Assembly: GCA_030390025.1 (NCBI GenBank)
Contig: CM059438.1
Location: 71,052,001-71,116,000, forward strand
Source: Squalus acanthias
Lineage: Eukaryota
Length of the DNA: 64,000 bases
Reading direction: 5' to 3'
Shown piece by piece: positions 24,920 through 37,367 of this stretch; position 1 is the stretch's first letter, and each line of letters begins with the position of its first letter. Below the pieces are notes generated by a model, which was not told the DNA's origin, did not search any database, and saw nothing but the letters and a program-made list of their open reading frames with translations. The translations under genes and the position numbers were made by a program.

Positions 24920-26096
24920 TTCTCAAGAATATGACAAACCCTTGACAAGTAAGCAGTTTGGAATAATCAAGCTCCGATAAGATCGTCTATTGGATCCCAA
25001 ATCATCCAAGACTTCGACATGGGGATAAAATTAGCCTTTAAAAAAACTTAGTGATTTGTATTACAGTTTTTAATTCTGAGTAAGGTGGCACTGCTCTCGT
25101 TCTGAGATCAGTCTCAGCAATGGGGAATTATCATTCCAAGGTTACTCTGAGGGACAAAATGTTGTTCTCATTCTCTTTACTCTGAGTAAATGTGCCTTTA
25201 ATTAAGTCACCACGGCACCGAACGGGGTGTGCTGTCGCAAATTATTTTTTTTACATCATTTAAGACTATCGGGGAAACTGCGGCTTGAGTATTTATGCCA
25301 CAGCAGATCTTGTGGCCTTGTCGGCTTGGTTTTGAAGCGAGCTGCTTTCTGTTATCCAGGTGCGAAGTTTCTCTGAACTCTTCCCGCCCCTTTATCCCAC
25401 CTCAGCAAAAAATGGTGAAATTGTTCCTTTAAGGAGCTTGTGATCGTATCAGGATTGTCTTATTATTACTCCTAGATTAGGACTGTTAAAGGCTTTGCAA
25501 AAAGATAGTCGAGTTCTCATTTTCAATGCTGAAGTAAAGGTTGGTCACAATGAGAACATTGTTCTGTTATGTCTCCTTCTTTGGTGTCAATTTTTGTCTG
25601 AAAACACACTCACGTGGAGCACCTTGGGACATTTTATTACGTTAACAGCGCTTTATAAATTCAAGTTGTTGTTGTTGTTACTCTGAGTCATTGCAAAATG
25701 AGACCAGTTTATCGTTATTCAGAATAGGCTCAGAATGATGACAGCACCCAGTTACTGAGAGTAACCTTGGAATGAGAAAGTTCCCAATTACTCTGAGGAA
25801 TATCTGAATGAGAACAGCACCCATTTACTCAGAGTTAAGAGAATGAGAACAGCATTTTGTCCCTCAGAATAACCTTGGAATGGTAACTTCCCATTGCTGA
25901 GACTGATCTCAGAACGAGAGCAGTGCCACCTTACTCAGAATTAAAAACTGTAATACAAATCGATAAGTTTTTTTAAAAGGCTAATTTTATCCCCATGTCT
26001 AAGTCTTGGATGATTTGGGATCCAACAGACGATCTTATCGGAGTTTGATTATTCCAAACTGCTCACTTGTTAAAGGTTTTGTCATATTCTTGAGAA
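24920..26096. repeat. Long inverted repeat: about 273-bp arms (24920-25192, 25822-26096) with about 630-bp spacer
   Basis: ttctcaagaatatgacaaa...actctgagtaaatg is the reverse complement of catttactcagagt...tttgtcatattcttgagaa, with only scattered mismatches. Confidence 0.95.
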
Positions 26097-27419
26097 CCAG
26101 TCCAGCTCCAAGTATTGGTTGCTCTAGGCTGGATAGAAACAAGCAGTGACTAGCTCAGTGAGAAGGAGGATCTGAGTAGTGCAAAACATAACTTCCCAAA
26201 GGGCTTTCAGTGGGATCCTTTGTTTTGCCACAAGTTGGTTATGGTTATGATGCAGAAGCAAATCACACCATTGTGCCGTAAGCAATCTGTACAAATCACA
26301 AATGTCTGCAAATACTGTGGGCAGTACAATTTCATTTCATCGGGGACTATGCGTCATGACACAAGTGTATCATAACCGTTTTCTTCTGTATAGATTTTCT
26401 CATATTCTATTGTTTTTCCCTTTTTTTATTGTGGTTGTTCTTTGGTTACATTGCATTGTACACCACACATGTTAGAGTGTACATACTGCAGTGCAATAGA
26501 GAGGAAGTGCTGCATGCTGGCTTCAAGACAACCCTTGTAATGAATGGTGCTACTGTTGAGGTGTAATGCCAAGCTGAGTCACTTTTTTGCTGATTTCAGC
26601 TACCATAGTTAATGAATTACCTTACTTGGGTGGGGTAAAACATCAGCTCTTCATGGGCGTTATTTTATCTTTTTCAATTGAGGTAGTTTTATCTTTAGAT
26701 TAAGTCCAAGAACAGCAACGCAGTACCAACCTACGTGGGCCATTCTCCCGCAGTTGCACTGCCATCTGGTTCCAGTCTCTGTGTAGGCCCATTGGAGGCC
26801 AGTTACAAGATCAGAAACCAATTTCATGCATGCGCAAAGCATCCCAACATCATGACTTTACATCCTGCGATACCATGGTGCATTGTTGCTGGCAAGAGAG
26901 ATCATGCAATTTAGAGTCAGATAATTTCCCTTCATGTAAAAATGTACCGACTCTGGGAACTTGATGCTGATCCAGTCCCATGCACCTATATGGTTGAGTC
27001 ATGACATGATTTTGCGTCACAGTGCAAATACGCTGATACACTGAAGCGGCTCAATAGGGCACATCTTATTACCTCATGGAAATAATAATCGGCAGAGATA
27101 TAAAGCAGGCTGCTGACTCCCTATTGCACAAAGTCAAAATCTACGCCAATGTGTTTAGTCGGCCACAGGAGGAGGCATTTGATCAGATGACACACAACCC
27201 ACAAAAGTCTTGGAAAGCAAGGCTGTTACGTCTATGGAAATTGTGTCTGAAGAGTGCGACTGAGAGGAGGATAACTGCACAGACAGTCAACAACACTCAC
27301 CTAAGGCAACAATGCCTTGGGACTTACTACTTTAATTCTCCTGTCTTGTCTTCTTGTCTGGTCTCATCCTGCACAGCATGACACGCTCTGTGGCTGATAC
27401 ACATGGTAATGAATGAAAA

Positions 27420-27670
27420 ATGATTCATTCTCAGGATGTTGGCATCACTGGCAAGGCCGGCATTGATTGCCCATCCCTAGTTGCCCTGAGAAGGTGGTGG
27501 TGGGCCGCCTTCTTGAACTACTATATGGTGGTTTGGTACAACTGACTGGCTTGCTAGGCCACTTCAGAGGGCATTCGAGATTCAACCACGTTGGCGTGGG
27601 ACCGGAGTCGCATATAGGCCAGATCAGGTAAGGACGGCAGGTTTCCTTCCCTAAATGACATTAATGAAAT
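27420..27670 (-). mobile_element. SINE family B 3' part
   Basis: Homologous to 39415-39645 (ggcaaggccggcatt..gagaaggtggtgg..ggcttgctaggcc..taaggacggcag). Confidence 0.82.
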
Positions 27671-28434
27671 GCAGCATGTCTGTGAGCGTACTAGTGCGGG
27701 CGCGCAGTTCAAATTGAGCACCAACAATGCTGCATCTGTTGAAACTGGGAACGCTCTCCACTTCAACACACTAAATTTGCCCCAATATGTTTGAATGAAG
27801 CAGACACTAAGACCTTGGGGAAACCTCCCTGATTGAAGGTTTGGGCTCTCCTGCTGAGCAATACAAAGTGGTAAAGGCTGAGCCTTCAATCAGCCCCAGC
27901 GTAATTGTAATAGTGTAAAGGGACCCATTTTAGTGAGGTATTTGTGCTGTCGCAATTGGCAATCATGGAGAAAAAATTGGGAGTTTAAGTAAAGGTTACA
28001 ACCTCTCTTGGTGGTCTGCGCCTTAATGGTGCAAATTAATTTGCTGCTTTTAGGAGGGGAAAAATTCACTAAGTGTCACATTAGGTTCCCCTCGGAAACA
28101 AAAGCACAGCTTCTGCACCAAATGATCCGCATTTTCTTGAGTGCTTACTGGAGATATTACAACAAAAAGCATCATAATAGCAGGTTATTAAATGAGATGC
28201 AGTTTTGAGACAGAGGGAGGACTACAAGGTCCGACGTCAATCGTTCCGAGGTCCAGAATCTCCAACTCAGTCAGAAAGGTGTTTACACTGCACGTGGCAG
28301 CATATTCATGGGCTACACTTCAGTCTAGTTTTGGTTTGGCTGAATTACTTGATATTGTGAAAGCTCTGGGATCAGTCCAGTTTGTTTGCTGCTTAGGTCT
28401 CAGTACTCTGTTCATCCATGGGGAGTAATGGGAG

Positions 28435-28870
28435 CAGCATGTGTTATGGATGCAAGACATATAGACCGAGCATGTCCTCGGTCTGGGATGCAATTCGCTA
28501 ATCTTGGCCAGGGTAGCAGTTGAGAAGCTACTATTAGCCTGAATTCTCCTGGGCTAGCAAGAAGGAAGATCAGCTGGGGTTCCCAATCCTGCTCACTTTC
28601 CAATGAACCTCTGCAGAAAATTGTGCTCAGCACATTGCAAAGTCCAATGCTGTTCTTGCCCAACACCCACATGCAAACATTTCAAAGGAAGGATTTCTGG
28701 GATCGGGAGTGAGAACCCTGGCCAATTTTCTTCTTCCTAATTTTGGGTGCTGAGGCCAATTAGTGTCCTTGCTACTTCCCTGACCGAGTTCAGCTAACTT
28801 GACAAAGACCAGGATGGAGCCTGATACTTTCCTCATTGGCATGGCTCAGTTACCCAGTGCCCTAATGAGC
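28435..28870. mobile_element. Two adjacent, oppositely oriented SINE family A 5' halves
   Basis: 28435-28620 (+; ctgggctag..gatcagctggggttcc) and 28640-28870 (-; gagaaccctggcc..ctgaggccaatt..ggctcagttaccc). Confidence 0.6.
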
Positions 28871-29084
28871 TGGACCACTATGGAAGGCACAGCTCAGCCA
28901 CGTTTCTATGCCACTACAACTAACATTCTTGTATTTTACATTGATATGACCCAAATGATGCATACACGTACTTCTTTGCTGATTCACACTGTATTCGCCT
29001 TTCCTAATGCCTCCACTAGACAACAGCGCACCAAGTGTCACAAACGTGCCTACCCACTTATAAAGAAATGGTTTAGAATTTCTA

Positions 29085-29340
29085 AACGTCTGACGAAAGG
29101 TCATCGACCTGAAACCTTGACTCTGTTTCTCTCTCCTCGAAGCTGCCTGACCTGCGGAGTATTTCCAGCTCTTAAATAACAACAGAAAATGCTGGAAACA
29201 CTCAGCAGGTCAGGCAGCATCGAGGAGAGAGAAACAGAGTTAACGTTTCGGGTCGAGGACCCTTCGTCAGAACTGGAAAAGGTTCGAGAAGTAACAGATT
29301 TTTAAGCAAGTGCAGGGGCTCTTTCTGTTTTTATTTTCGA
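29085..29340. mobile_element. Penelope-like element terminal repeats in inverted (tail-to-tail) arrangement
   Basis: 29090-29170 (+) and 29178-29315 (-) are reverse-complement copies of the same terminal sequence as 46170-46297, which follows a GIY-YIG C-terminal remnant. Confidence 0.85.
29238..29274 (-). ncRNA. Minimal type I hammerhead ribozyme motif, intact core
   Basis: Minus strand AGUU-CUGACGA-A-GGGUC-cuc-GACCC-GAAAC-GUU-AACU. Stem I AGUU/AACU, core CUGANGA and GAAA, stem II GGGUC/GACCC, palindromic ACGU stem III. Confidence 0.75.
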
Positions 29341-29574
29341 ATTTCTTTGCAGCTAAAGTAATCATTCATTTGCCATTTGACTGACAAGCTTTGGATTTTG
29401 TCATGTCTCTTTGCATGCTAAATATGTAGGAGAAAAAAGATTCTTCTCTCAGGACTTTCTTATAATTAATCAATTAGCTGGTATGAGCAGCCCAGGTTAA
29501 CTTTTCCACTTTATCTATGACGGCAAACTACCCATGTTTTGGAAACACATCCTACGTTTGTTTGTGACTTGCAT

Positions 29575-30003
29575 CCATTATCCTGTCCTACATTGGCTCC
29601 TGATCTTCCAATGCCTTCTATTTAAAATTCGTGCCCCTCCCTATCTCTATAACCTCCTCCAGCCCCACAACCCACTTCCACAATGCTCCATTCCTCTGAA
29701 TCTGACCTCGTGCAACCCCCCTCCCTTCATCACACAATTGGCAGATGTCCCTTCAGCCGTCTATGCCCCGTGCACTGGAATTCTTTCTCTGAATGCCCTG
29801 CACCTTTCCACCTCCCTCTCCTCCACATCATGTCCTCCATTAAGAGCATTATAAAATCCACCTCTTTGACCACACTTCTCATTACCACACCCCTAATATT
29901 AATGTCTCTGGCTGAGTGCCCATTTTTGTCTGATTGCAGCACAGTGAAGCACCTTGGGATGTTTCTCTGAACTAAAGGCATGATATAAATGTTGTTGTTA
30001 TTG
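29575..30003 (+). mobile_element. Older L2 LINE 3' fragment
   Basis: cctacattggctcc..gcccctccctatctct..cacctctttgacc..gtgaagcaccttgggatg..tataaatgttgttg. Confidence 0.8.
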
Positions 30004-30279
30004 CTTTTGTGTGAGCCAAAACAAGTGCTCGTCAGAAAGGCATTTTGTTAGCCTGCAGAAAGGGGTCGGTGGGGGGGGGAATGGTGACCTTGGGAAGAAC
30101 ATGGTGGGGGAGAGGGGGAATATCCGAGAGGGAATTGCTACCACTGGTCTTGGGAAGAATAATAAGTAACAGCTTCAGGATTGATGATGGCACTTGCCCC
30201 TCAAAAAAAATCTACGTTGGGTGCATGTGGAAGGGAAGCGGTAATAGACGGTCAGGACTGGATGTCAGGTAATGCATTC

Positions 30280-30560
30280 AACAAAAACTTGCATTTGTTT
30301 GCACCTTTAACGTAGAAAAACGTCCCAAGACGCTTCACAAGAGCATTATCAATCAAAATTTGACACTCAGCCAAAGAAGGAGATATCAGGACAGATGAGG
30401 TAGCTTTTAAAGAGCGTCTTAAAGGAGGAGAGAGAGGTAGAGAGGTGGAGAGGTTTAGGGAGGGAATTCCAGAGCTTAGGACCCAGGCAGCTGAAAGCAC
30501 GGCCGCCAATGGTGGAGCAATTAAAATCAGGGGTGCACAAGATGCCAGAATTCGAGGAGG
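30280..30560 (-). mobile_element. L2 LINE 3' fragment
   Basis: Reverse complement of about 14680-14960. Confidence 0.87.
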
Positions 30561-30767
30561 AGGTTACAGAGATTTGATAAGCAATTTTTCTACCACTGTA
30601 TCTCTGGTCTCCAGATGCTTAACATGGAAATTAGTGTTTGCAATATCAATCCATGAATGCTCAATGAGTTCAAATGTTTGATATTTTAACTGAGGTATTA
30701 ACCCGTTTGTATTTTGGAGTTAAGCAGTCAAACACTAATCTTGCAAATATTAATTTCCAGGCTTGGT

Positions 30768-31195
30768 GTCAGCTGTGGCTCAGTGGGTAGCACACTCGCC
30801 TCTGAGTCAGAATCTAGACTGACACTCCAGTGCAGTACTGTGGGAGTGCTGCACTGTCGGAGGTGCCGTCTTTCAGATGAGACGTTAAACCGAGGCCCCA
30901 TCTACTCTCTCAGGTGGACGTAAAAGATCCCATGGCACTATTTCGAAGAAGAGTAGGGGAGTTATCCCTGGTGCCCTGGCCAATATTTATCCCTCAACCA
31001 ACGTAACAAAAACAGATTATCTGGTCATTATCACATTGCTGTTTGTGGGACCTTGCTATGCGTCAATTGGCTGCCGCGTTTCCCACATTACAACAGTGAC
31101 TCCACTTCAAAAAAAGTACTTCATTGACTGTAAAGCGTTTTGAGACGTCCGGTAGTCATGAAAGGCGCTATATAAATGCAAGTCTTTCTTTTCTT
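30768..31195 (+). mobile_element. Deu-domain SINE (SacSINE1/AmnSINE1-like), near full length
   Basis: tRNA-like head gtggctcagtgggtagcac. Deu-like core gatgagacgttaaaccgagg..taaaagatcccatggcacta..cctggccaa. L2-type tail tgaaaggcgctatataaatgcaagtc. Family name is from memory. Confidence 0.85.
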
Positions 31196-31494
31196 ACATT
31201 ACAAAAATAGAAATTTAACTGATACTTTCTTTGCACATTTACAAAAAAGTACATTCATTAGTTTAAATATAAAAAATGTTATCTGGGGACCTGAGGCTGG
31301 TTGGATTTCCATCATGGTAGCTTTGCATTTTCACCTACCATAGTATCCGTTACCTCACTCATTATTTATTGATCTCAATGAACTCTATCACTCAACAGCA
31401 TTGTACTGGGAGCCTTACAGTTATATACAATCATTAACTGCCTTATTCAAAGGTCATTTCAGTATTGACTGCCGTACCCTCAAAAACCGTCCCA

Positions 31495-33590
31495 GCTCTT
31501 TTTATCTTCCTTCCTCTCCTGATGCTGGTTTTTACCCCATACTTGGTTTGCATGTGGTTGGTGTTCTCACACATTCGGGTACCTCAGCCAAATTACCATT
31601 CTTAATTTGTGACCTTTAGAAAGGGAGTATCAGTCAGCAGACTCTTCAATCATGGGGAATTGCAGTCTGGCCCAATCATGTCTACACGTGATATGTATGC
31701 ACACACACACAAGCAGAAGTCACTTTAAATGATGGGGAGTGCCAGCCCATGCTGATTATTTCCCCCTCCCTAGCCCTGGGGCATTGAGGAAAATATGACT
31801 TGTGCAATTTCATAGAAAAGACTGATTAGTAGGAATGCTGTCATACTGAATATTCATTGTGTTATCTGTGGAAATGGTAGGCAGTTGGTCTTTGTGAGAT
31901 CAAATCATTTGATTGTGGTCAGTCCTTAAACACGGAAAATATGTCTGTTTACACAGTGTTGACAAATCCTGGATTAATCATCAGATTAATCGAAAACAAC
32001 AGTCATTAAGTTGTCTGGATTCGTGAACCTACCAGATATTCCAGAATTGGTCAATATTCAGAAAGTTGTCAATACCTGCTAAGAAACCATTGAAATAGGC
32101 CAGAGTAGAATAATTGTGTTTCTTTATCTCCTCTGCTCTCCTGAAAATGATGGGCAGGAAAAGACCAACTGGTCCATTAAGCCTGCCCCACACTCATGAT
32201 GGCCAGAGCATCACGACAAGACCCCCCCCACCACCCCCCCGAAGCCAATGATATGTTCAAAGGGAACCAGCTGCCCATCGGTACCTTGCCAAAGGGACCA
32301 TTCTTCATAAATGAGCCTAGACAGTGAGCAGTGAATGATGGCAGAGTATTCAACCATTGAGGGCACCCCAACTGAGCCTGATCCTGTGTATCCTGCATAT
32401 AGATAGTGATCCGGGGTGGAAATCTGGCTGATTTTTACTGATCCTAGCCCAGTGGCACTGAGGTCAGTTCTAACACCCCGACAAGTTCCACAGTTGAGGC
32501 TACACCTTACTGGTCTGTACAACTCAGCAGCAAACCATGCAGTTTTACCCACTAAGCCAATCGGGAAACATTCCTGTTTAATTGAATGCAGTCTGCTGAC
32601 ATTATGGATTTTATGTAAATCGGCCCATTGAATGTACTTTCCTGCATGCTCCTTCTCTTTCAAATTCAAATTCTTGCACGAAAGACGTTATTTTCAAAAG
32701 CAGAATACTGTAAGCTGCACACAGCGGCAAACTTTAAGACATTAGCGATCTGAGAGGCCCACTTCCACGTGATATCTGCCCAACTGAAATCAAAGGTTAT
32801 GGATTCTTTTTACACTGACTGCAAGTGTAGAAGGTAACACTACTCGAACTAATGAGATGGAAATAGAAGCAGATCACAGCTCATAAAAGGTAACCTTTTC
32901 ACATTCCAACGCTTTCATGCCTTCAGTTCACTCATCTGTGTTATCAATAAATCTTGGAGTCCACAATCTGCCCTTTCTGCAGCTCTTGTTGACCCACTAA
33001 CTAAATGGTAACTTCACTGAGGTGCACATACCTTCTAATTGCATAACGCATTTTTTCTTATCACCTGATATCTAAAAGACAATTCGGACCAAATGTTTTC
33101 ACAGATCAAAACGAACATTTCAAATTCCTTTCTAGAAGATTCTGTACATGGAGCTTGTGTTTACTTTTCACTAATTTGTGTGCCCCCCCCACTCCCCGAC
33201 AGTTTTCTCCCTTTCCTCCCCTCCTCTCACCTACTCATATGAGGGAAAGGTACCGTGGATACCAGGATCCTTCCCAAGCAGCCATTTTTCATGCACGAGG
33301 CTGAATGAACAACGGGTGTGTTCACTGGTTGGTTGTCCACAGAGGTCATTACAGCGGAGCCTCATTCCGTCCTCAACAGCAGCCGTTGAAGCATATTTTC
33401 CCAGCCACACTCGCTGGAGAGCTATTGGGAGCTGGGGCCGAGACTCGAGATTTAATTTTTCCCATCCTCATACCCAGCTCGGGGCATTAAAATCAATCGT
33501 AGCACCCAAGACGCTACACTTGCCTGACATCAGCTAGCTCGGCACAGACTGCAAATTGAACCTGGGGCCTTTGGTTTGTATCTCTCTGTT
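31495..33590 (-). mobile_element. Three separate SINE family A copies (about 31495-31795, 32265-32565, 33200-33590)
   Basis: Each has the ccattctt(c)a..tgagcctagacagtgag / gctgatttt..cctagccc..gcactgagg motifs. Confidence 0.65.
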
Positions 33591-33771
33591 CCGCACGGTC
33601 AACTTTGTTGGTGTTTTTTTTTTGTTCTTGAAAGAGATAAAGCTTTTTCAATTGCGTTAGCTTTGAAGAAGAGCCACAAGAGTTGATTACGAGCGGTTGA
33701 CTCTGTCAACATCATTATTTTATCTGGGAACCGCTGATTAATAAAAGTTGAAAGGTGCTATCAAGGCTCAC

Positions 33772-33985
33772 CTCTGCTCCGTGGGGTTGTACATCTCACT
33801 GCTTTGGCAGCTGCTAATTGTAATGGGGTCAAAGTTGTGGAAGGAGCGCAGGGCCACCCCAGAGATGGCAACGTACAGTGAATGGAAGGTAATTAGGATG
33901 GCTGTGGTCCTGTAGAATGGCTGACTGAGGTCGTGAATGACAGGGATAACGAGGGGGTTGTTCCTGCAGTTCAAAAGATGCATTC
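33772..33985 (-). CDS. PAPPA: Pappalysin-1 internal coding exon (214 bp; about human exon 13)
   Basis: ctgcag|GAATGCAT...GAGCAGAG|gtgag translates (G)MHLLNCRNNPLVIPVIHDLSQPFYRTTAILITFHSLYVAISGVALRSFHNFDPITISSCQSSEMYNPTEQ(S). Overlaps ORF 33768..34022. Phase 1/2. Confidence 0.96.
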
Positions 33986-34782
33986 CTGCAGAAAACAAAG
34001 GCGGGAGACAAACACTGGTCATTAAAGATCAGCAAGGCATTTCAATCTTTGCAACTGCAAATTTTCATTTAAAAAATACATTTAGACAGCAGTAAAAAAA
34101 AAGGAGAAAACGTTTTTATTGATGCATTTTAAAAGACGGAGTATTTCTATCACAATTTTTCAGTTAGCGTGTTTACGAAAATAAAACCTTTATCTTCGCC
34201 GAACTAGTGATATGCAACATAGGTTTTCGTACTGGTATTCCACAAGATAAAGAGACCTACCCATCTGTCATCAGATTGTTAGATTTTATATCACACCAGT
34301 TTTTGATGTGTACTAATTAAACAAAGCCTTTTCCGCAGTGATAGCACTCTTTTCCTTTGGGTAGCATTCAGAAGTTAGAACAGATGGTCTCTGCAATTGG
34401 GTCAATGTTTGCAAGGGGTCCCCTACACAGAAAAGCTTCAAAACCACAGGCCGAGAGCATGGAAAGCATTGTAGGAAACTGAACGCTTTTACAATTGGTT
34501 TTACAGCAAGCAGATATTCTATTAAAAGTATCCTTTCCAAACATGTGTGTCACCTCCCCCATTCACATCTGTGACCTACTAATTAAGAATGGTTTATTTT
34601 CCTTACTCGCATTGCTGCCCTTGGTGCAACGCAGAAGTAACTGCACCTCAATGAAAAGAAAATAATTTGAGCTTTACAGTCTTGTTGTACTGCAGATACT
34701 GGTTTTACACCAGTACCTGTTTAAGGGAGCATTTACACTTCACAACATGAGCTAAGAGGGAATCGCTGCTGAGTTAGCTACT

Positions 34783-34995
34783 CGAAACATAGGAACAAGA
34801 GTAGGCCATTCAGCCGCGCGAGCCTGTTCTGCCATTCAATTAGATCATGGCTGATCTGTATCTGAACTCCATCTAACCGCCTTGGCTCCGTAACCCTTAA
34901 TACCCTTGCCTAACAAAAATCTATCAATCTCGGGTTTGAAAGTTTCAATTGACCCTCAGCCTCAACAGTTTTTTGGGGGAAGAGAGTTCCAGATA
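34783..34995 (-). mobile_element. CR1 LINE 3' end fragment
   Basis: aggaacaagagtaggccattcagcc..gagcctgttctgccattcaattagatcatggctgatctg, as at 8460-8530. Confidence 0.85.
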
Positions 34996-36042
34996 TGACT
35001 TCCTGGTTTTGAAATCAGTGTGAAGCTGTTGGACATTCTCACATCTTGGACATCAAGAGATGGACACCTGCTACTCTGTACTTCTAAAGCTGAGCTACAA
35101 AAGACTTGTGTTCTGAAGTTTGGGGGTGAGATCCAAGGCTGCTGGGGGTTTCATTTCTGCTGCTTGACTATGACCTTTTGGGATTTGGCATGGATAAATC
35201 CTTGTTTACACGCCAGTTTTAGCATCACAGTGGAGCATGGACTGCTTTGCTGCAAAGTCACAGTTGGTGTCTAAATGTGTTCTTCGGAGTGTTGTGAGTC
35301 AGCAGCGCAGAGTTATATTGCCAGGTCTGGTCAGGGGACGCAGAGGTGGCAGTTACTATGAGACTCAAGAAGGCTTCTCTCTATTTGCCAGAATTTGCCC
35401 CAGTAATAGTGCAGGTTTTGTGTCATTGCGATGTGAAAACTGTTGCATAGATGCAAAAGCTACAGTATAACTGAACCATAAACAAAGGTGCTTTCATGTG
35501 TTAAAAGTACAGCCAATAGCAAATGCACAGTTTTTTTTCCACACTGTCGGCTATACTTGAAATTATAACAGGGCCAGACTTCTCTCATTTCAGCAGTAGC
35601 AGAGGCCAGTGTATGGCACCAGGTGGAGAGCAGTGAGCTCTCGCAAAAAGGTGTGGCAATATAAAAGCACCTAAATAAAATTACAACTCAGGAGAAAGAA
35701 AGGGCACTAAGTAGAACTCAAAGGCAAGCAGGGAAAAGAACCTGATTGTGGATGTGTGCTTTTACTGAGAAAGAGCTTTGCGCATTTTAAAGACATGGCA
35801 TGAGATTATCTTTTGAAGGAAGCAAAGATGTGTGTGTGTGTGATTGCCTCACTTGGTTTTCCTTTCACCCTTTTCAGTTGCCGGTCTTTGTTTGAGTCAT
35901 TCCCGAAGTGTATCCTCGTGGTGCTGATCCTCAGTACACGGACCACTCCACTAATTGAGCCGTTTGAACTTCCTTCAGGCTCGGAGATAACTACATCCTT
36001 TCTAAATATGATCCTTTGAGTTTCAAAAAGAAAAAGACTTAC

Positions 36043-36178
36043 CCAGGTCGTGATTCTGATCCTTTGTGTCAACCAACTGAACTGCGATTGATTCTTGCCT
36101 TTGATCCATGAGACTACTTCCATCAGTAGCCAGGTGGACAATAACAGCAGCAGCAACCATGGGTTGAGCGAAGTAGGC
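36043..36178 (-). CDS. PAPPA: Pappalysin-1 internal coding exon (136 bp; about human exon 12)
   Basis: taatgag|GCCTACTTC...GACCTGG|gtaag translates AYFAQPMVAAAVIVHLATDGSSLMDQRQESIAVQLVDTKDQNHDL(G), versus recalled human AYFSQPMVAAAVIVHLVTDG...DTKDQSHDLG. Phase 0/1. Confidence 0.95.
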
Positions 36179-36934
36179 CTCATTAGAGAGAAAAAGATAA
36201 AGATTAGCATTTGGTTAAGAAGGAGGGGGGAGGTGGGGAAAGCACTATAAGTCAACAGATTTCTCTGGTAAGGCTTCTCTGCTCCAGCGACATATTGTGT
36301 CACGCTCCAATTGTCTTTATTTCACATGAACAATAATATATTTAATAGGTTTGTTTGTGTTTTTTAAGTAACAAACCTGTTCAGACACAACTGTGAAACC
36401 GTAGCATTATTACATTGTATATCTTTTGGAAAATAAACCTTCTTCCAAACATCTTTTCAGTAGCTTATCAATTTTATTTTTGCCAATCTCCCCACCCCCA
36501 ATCCTGAAGGTTCTTCATTCTCCAGCTCTGGTACCTCCGCCAAGTAGTCAGTCTTCACGGTGAATGGTGCCAGGCTAGTCAAGTGCAGAGGACACTGCAG
36601 TCAAGCATACTATCCATCCACACATGTGCTGAACAACAGAGTTACGGGGTAATGAACAGGAGCAGAATCCCTGGCCGATTTCTCCACTCCTTAAGGTAGG
36701 GTAGGGGAGTTGGGGCCACTTGAAGCATTCTGACTAAGATCAATTAGCTCAGCATGGACCAACCACTGAACTTGAGACCTTCTGGTCTACATAGGGTCAC
36801 GTCTCATGTCTGTATTTGTATATAATTGCCCATTGACAAAAATGTTGAAATGCCATTAAGTGATGAGTTTTCACGTGAGAAATTATGTCCATTCTCGCCC
36901 ATTGATTGGCAACAGCAGGCAAAACAATGGAGAG

Positions 36935-37367
36935 TTGCTTGCTCAACTCTCAAACTGTGAGCTGCGGGTTCAAGCCCACTACAGACTTGGCTAAATAATC
37001 TAGGCTGGCACATCAGTACAGTGCTGAGGGAGTGCTGCATTGGTGGAGGTGCTGTCTTTCAGGTGAGATATTAAACCAAGACCCTGTCTGTGGATGTAAA
37101 GGGTCCTGTGTTACTATTTCAAAAATAGCATGGATTTTTTCCATTTTCCTAGCCAGCCATGTTCCTCAACAAACACAACTAAAAACAAATGATTTGGTCA
37201 TTTTCTATTTGTGGGACATTTTTGTGCACAAATTGGCTGCCATGTTTGCATGCATAACAACTGTGATTGGTGATTGTACTTCACAAAAGTAATCTATTGG
37301 CTGTAAAGCACTTTGGGATGTCCTAAGGATGTGATAAGATGCTATATAAATTCAATTCCTTTCTTTA
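36935..37367 (+). mobile_element. Deu-domain SINE copy
   Basis: Colinear with 30768-31195. Confidence 0.8.

Noticed and set aside
30768-30830. tRNA gene
   Set aside because: Only a tRNA-derived SINE head; it has no complete cloverleaf and continues into SINE body sequence.
35806-36303. 165-aa ORF with a hydrophobic stretch
   Set aside because: It is an alternative frame over the real PAPPA exon 36043-36178 plus intron.
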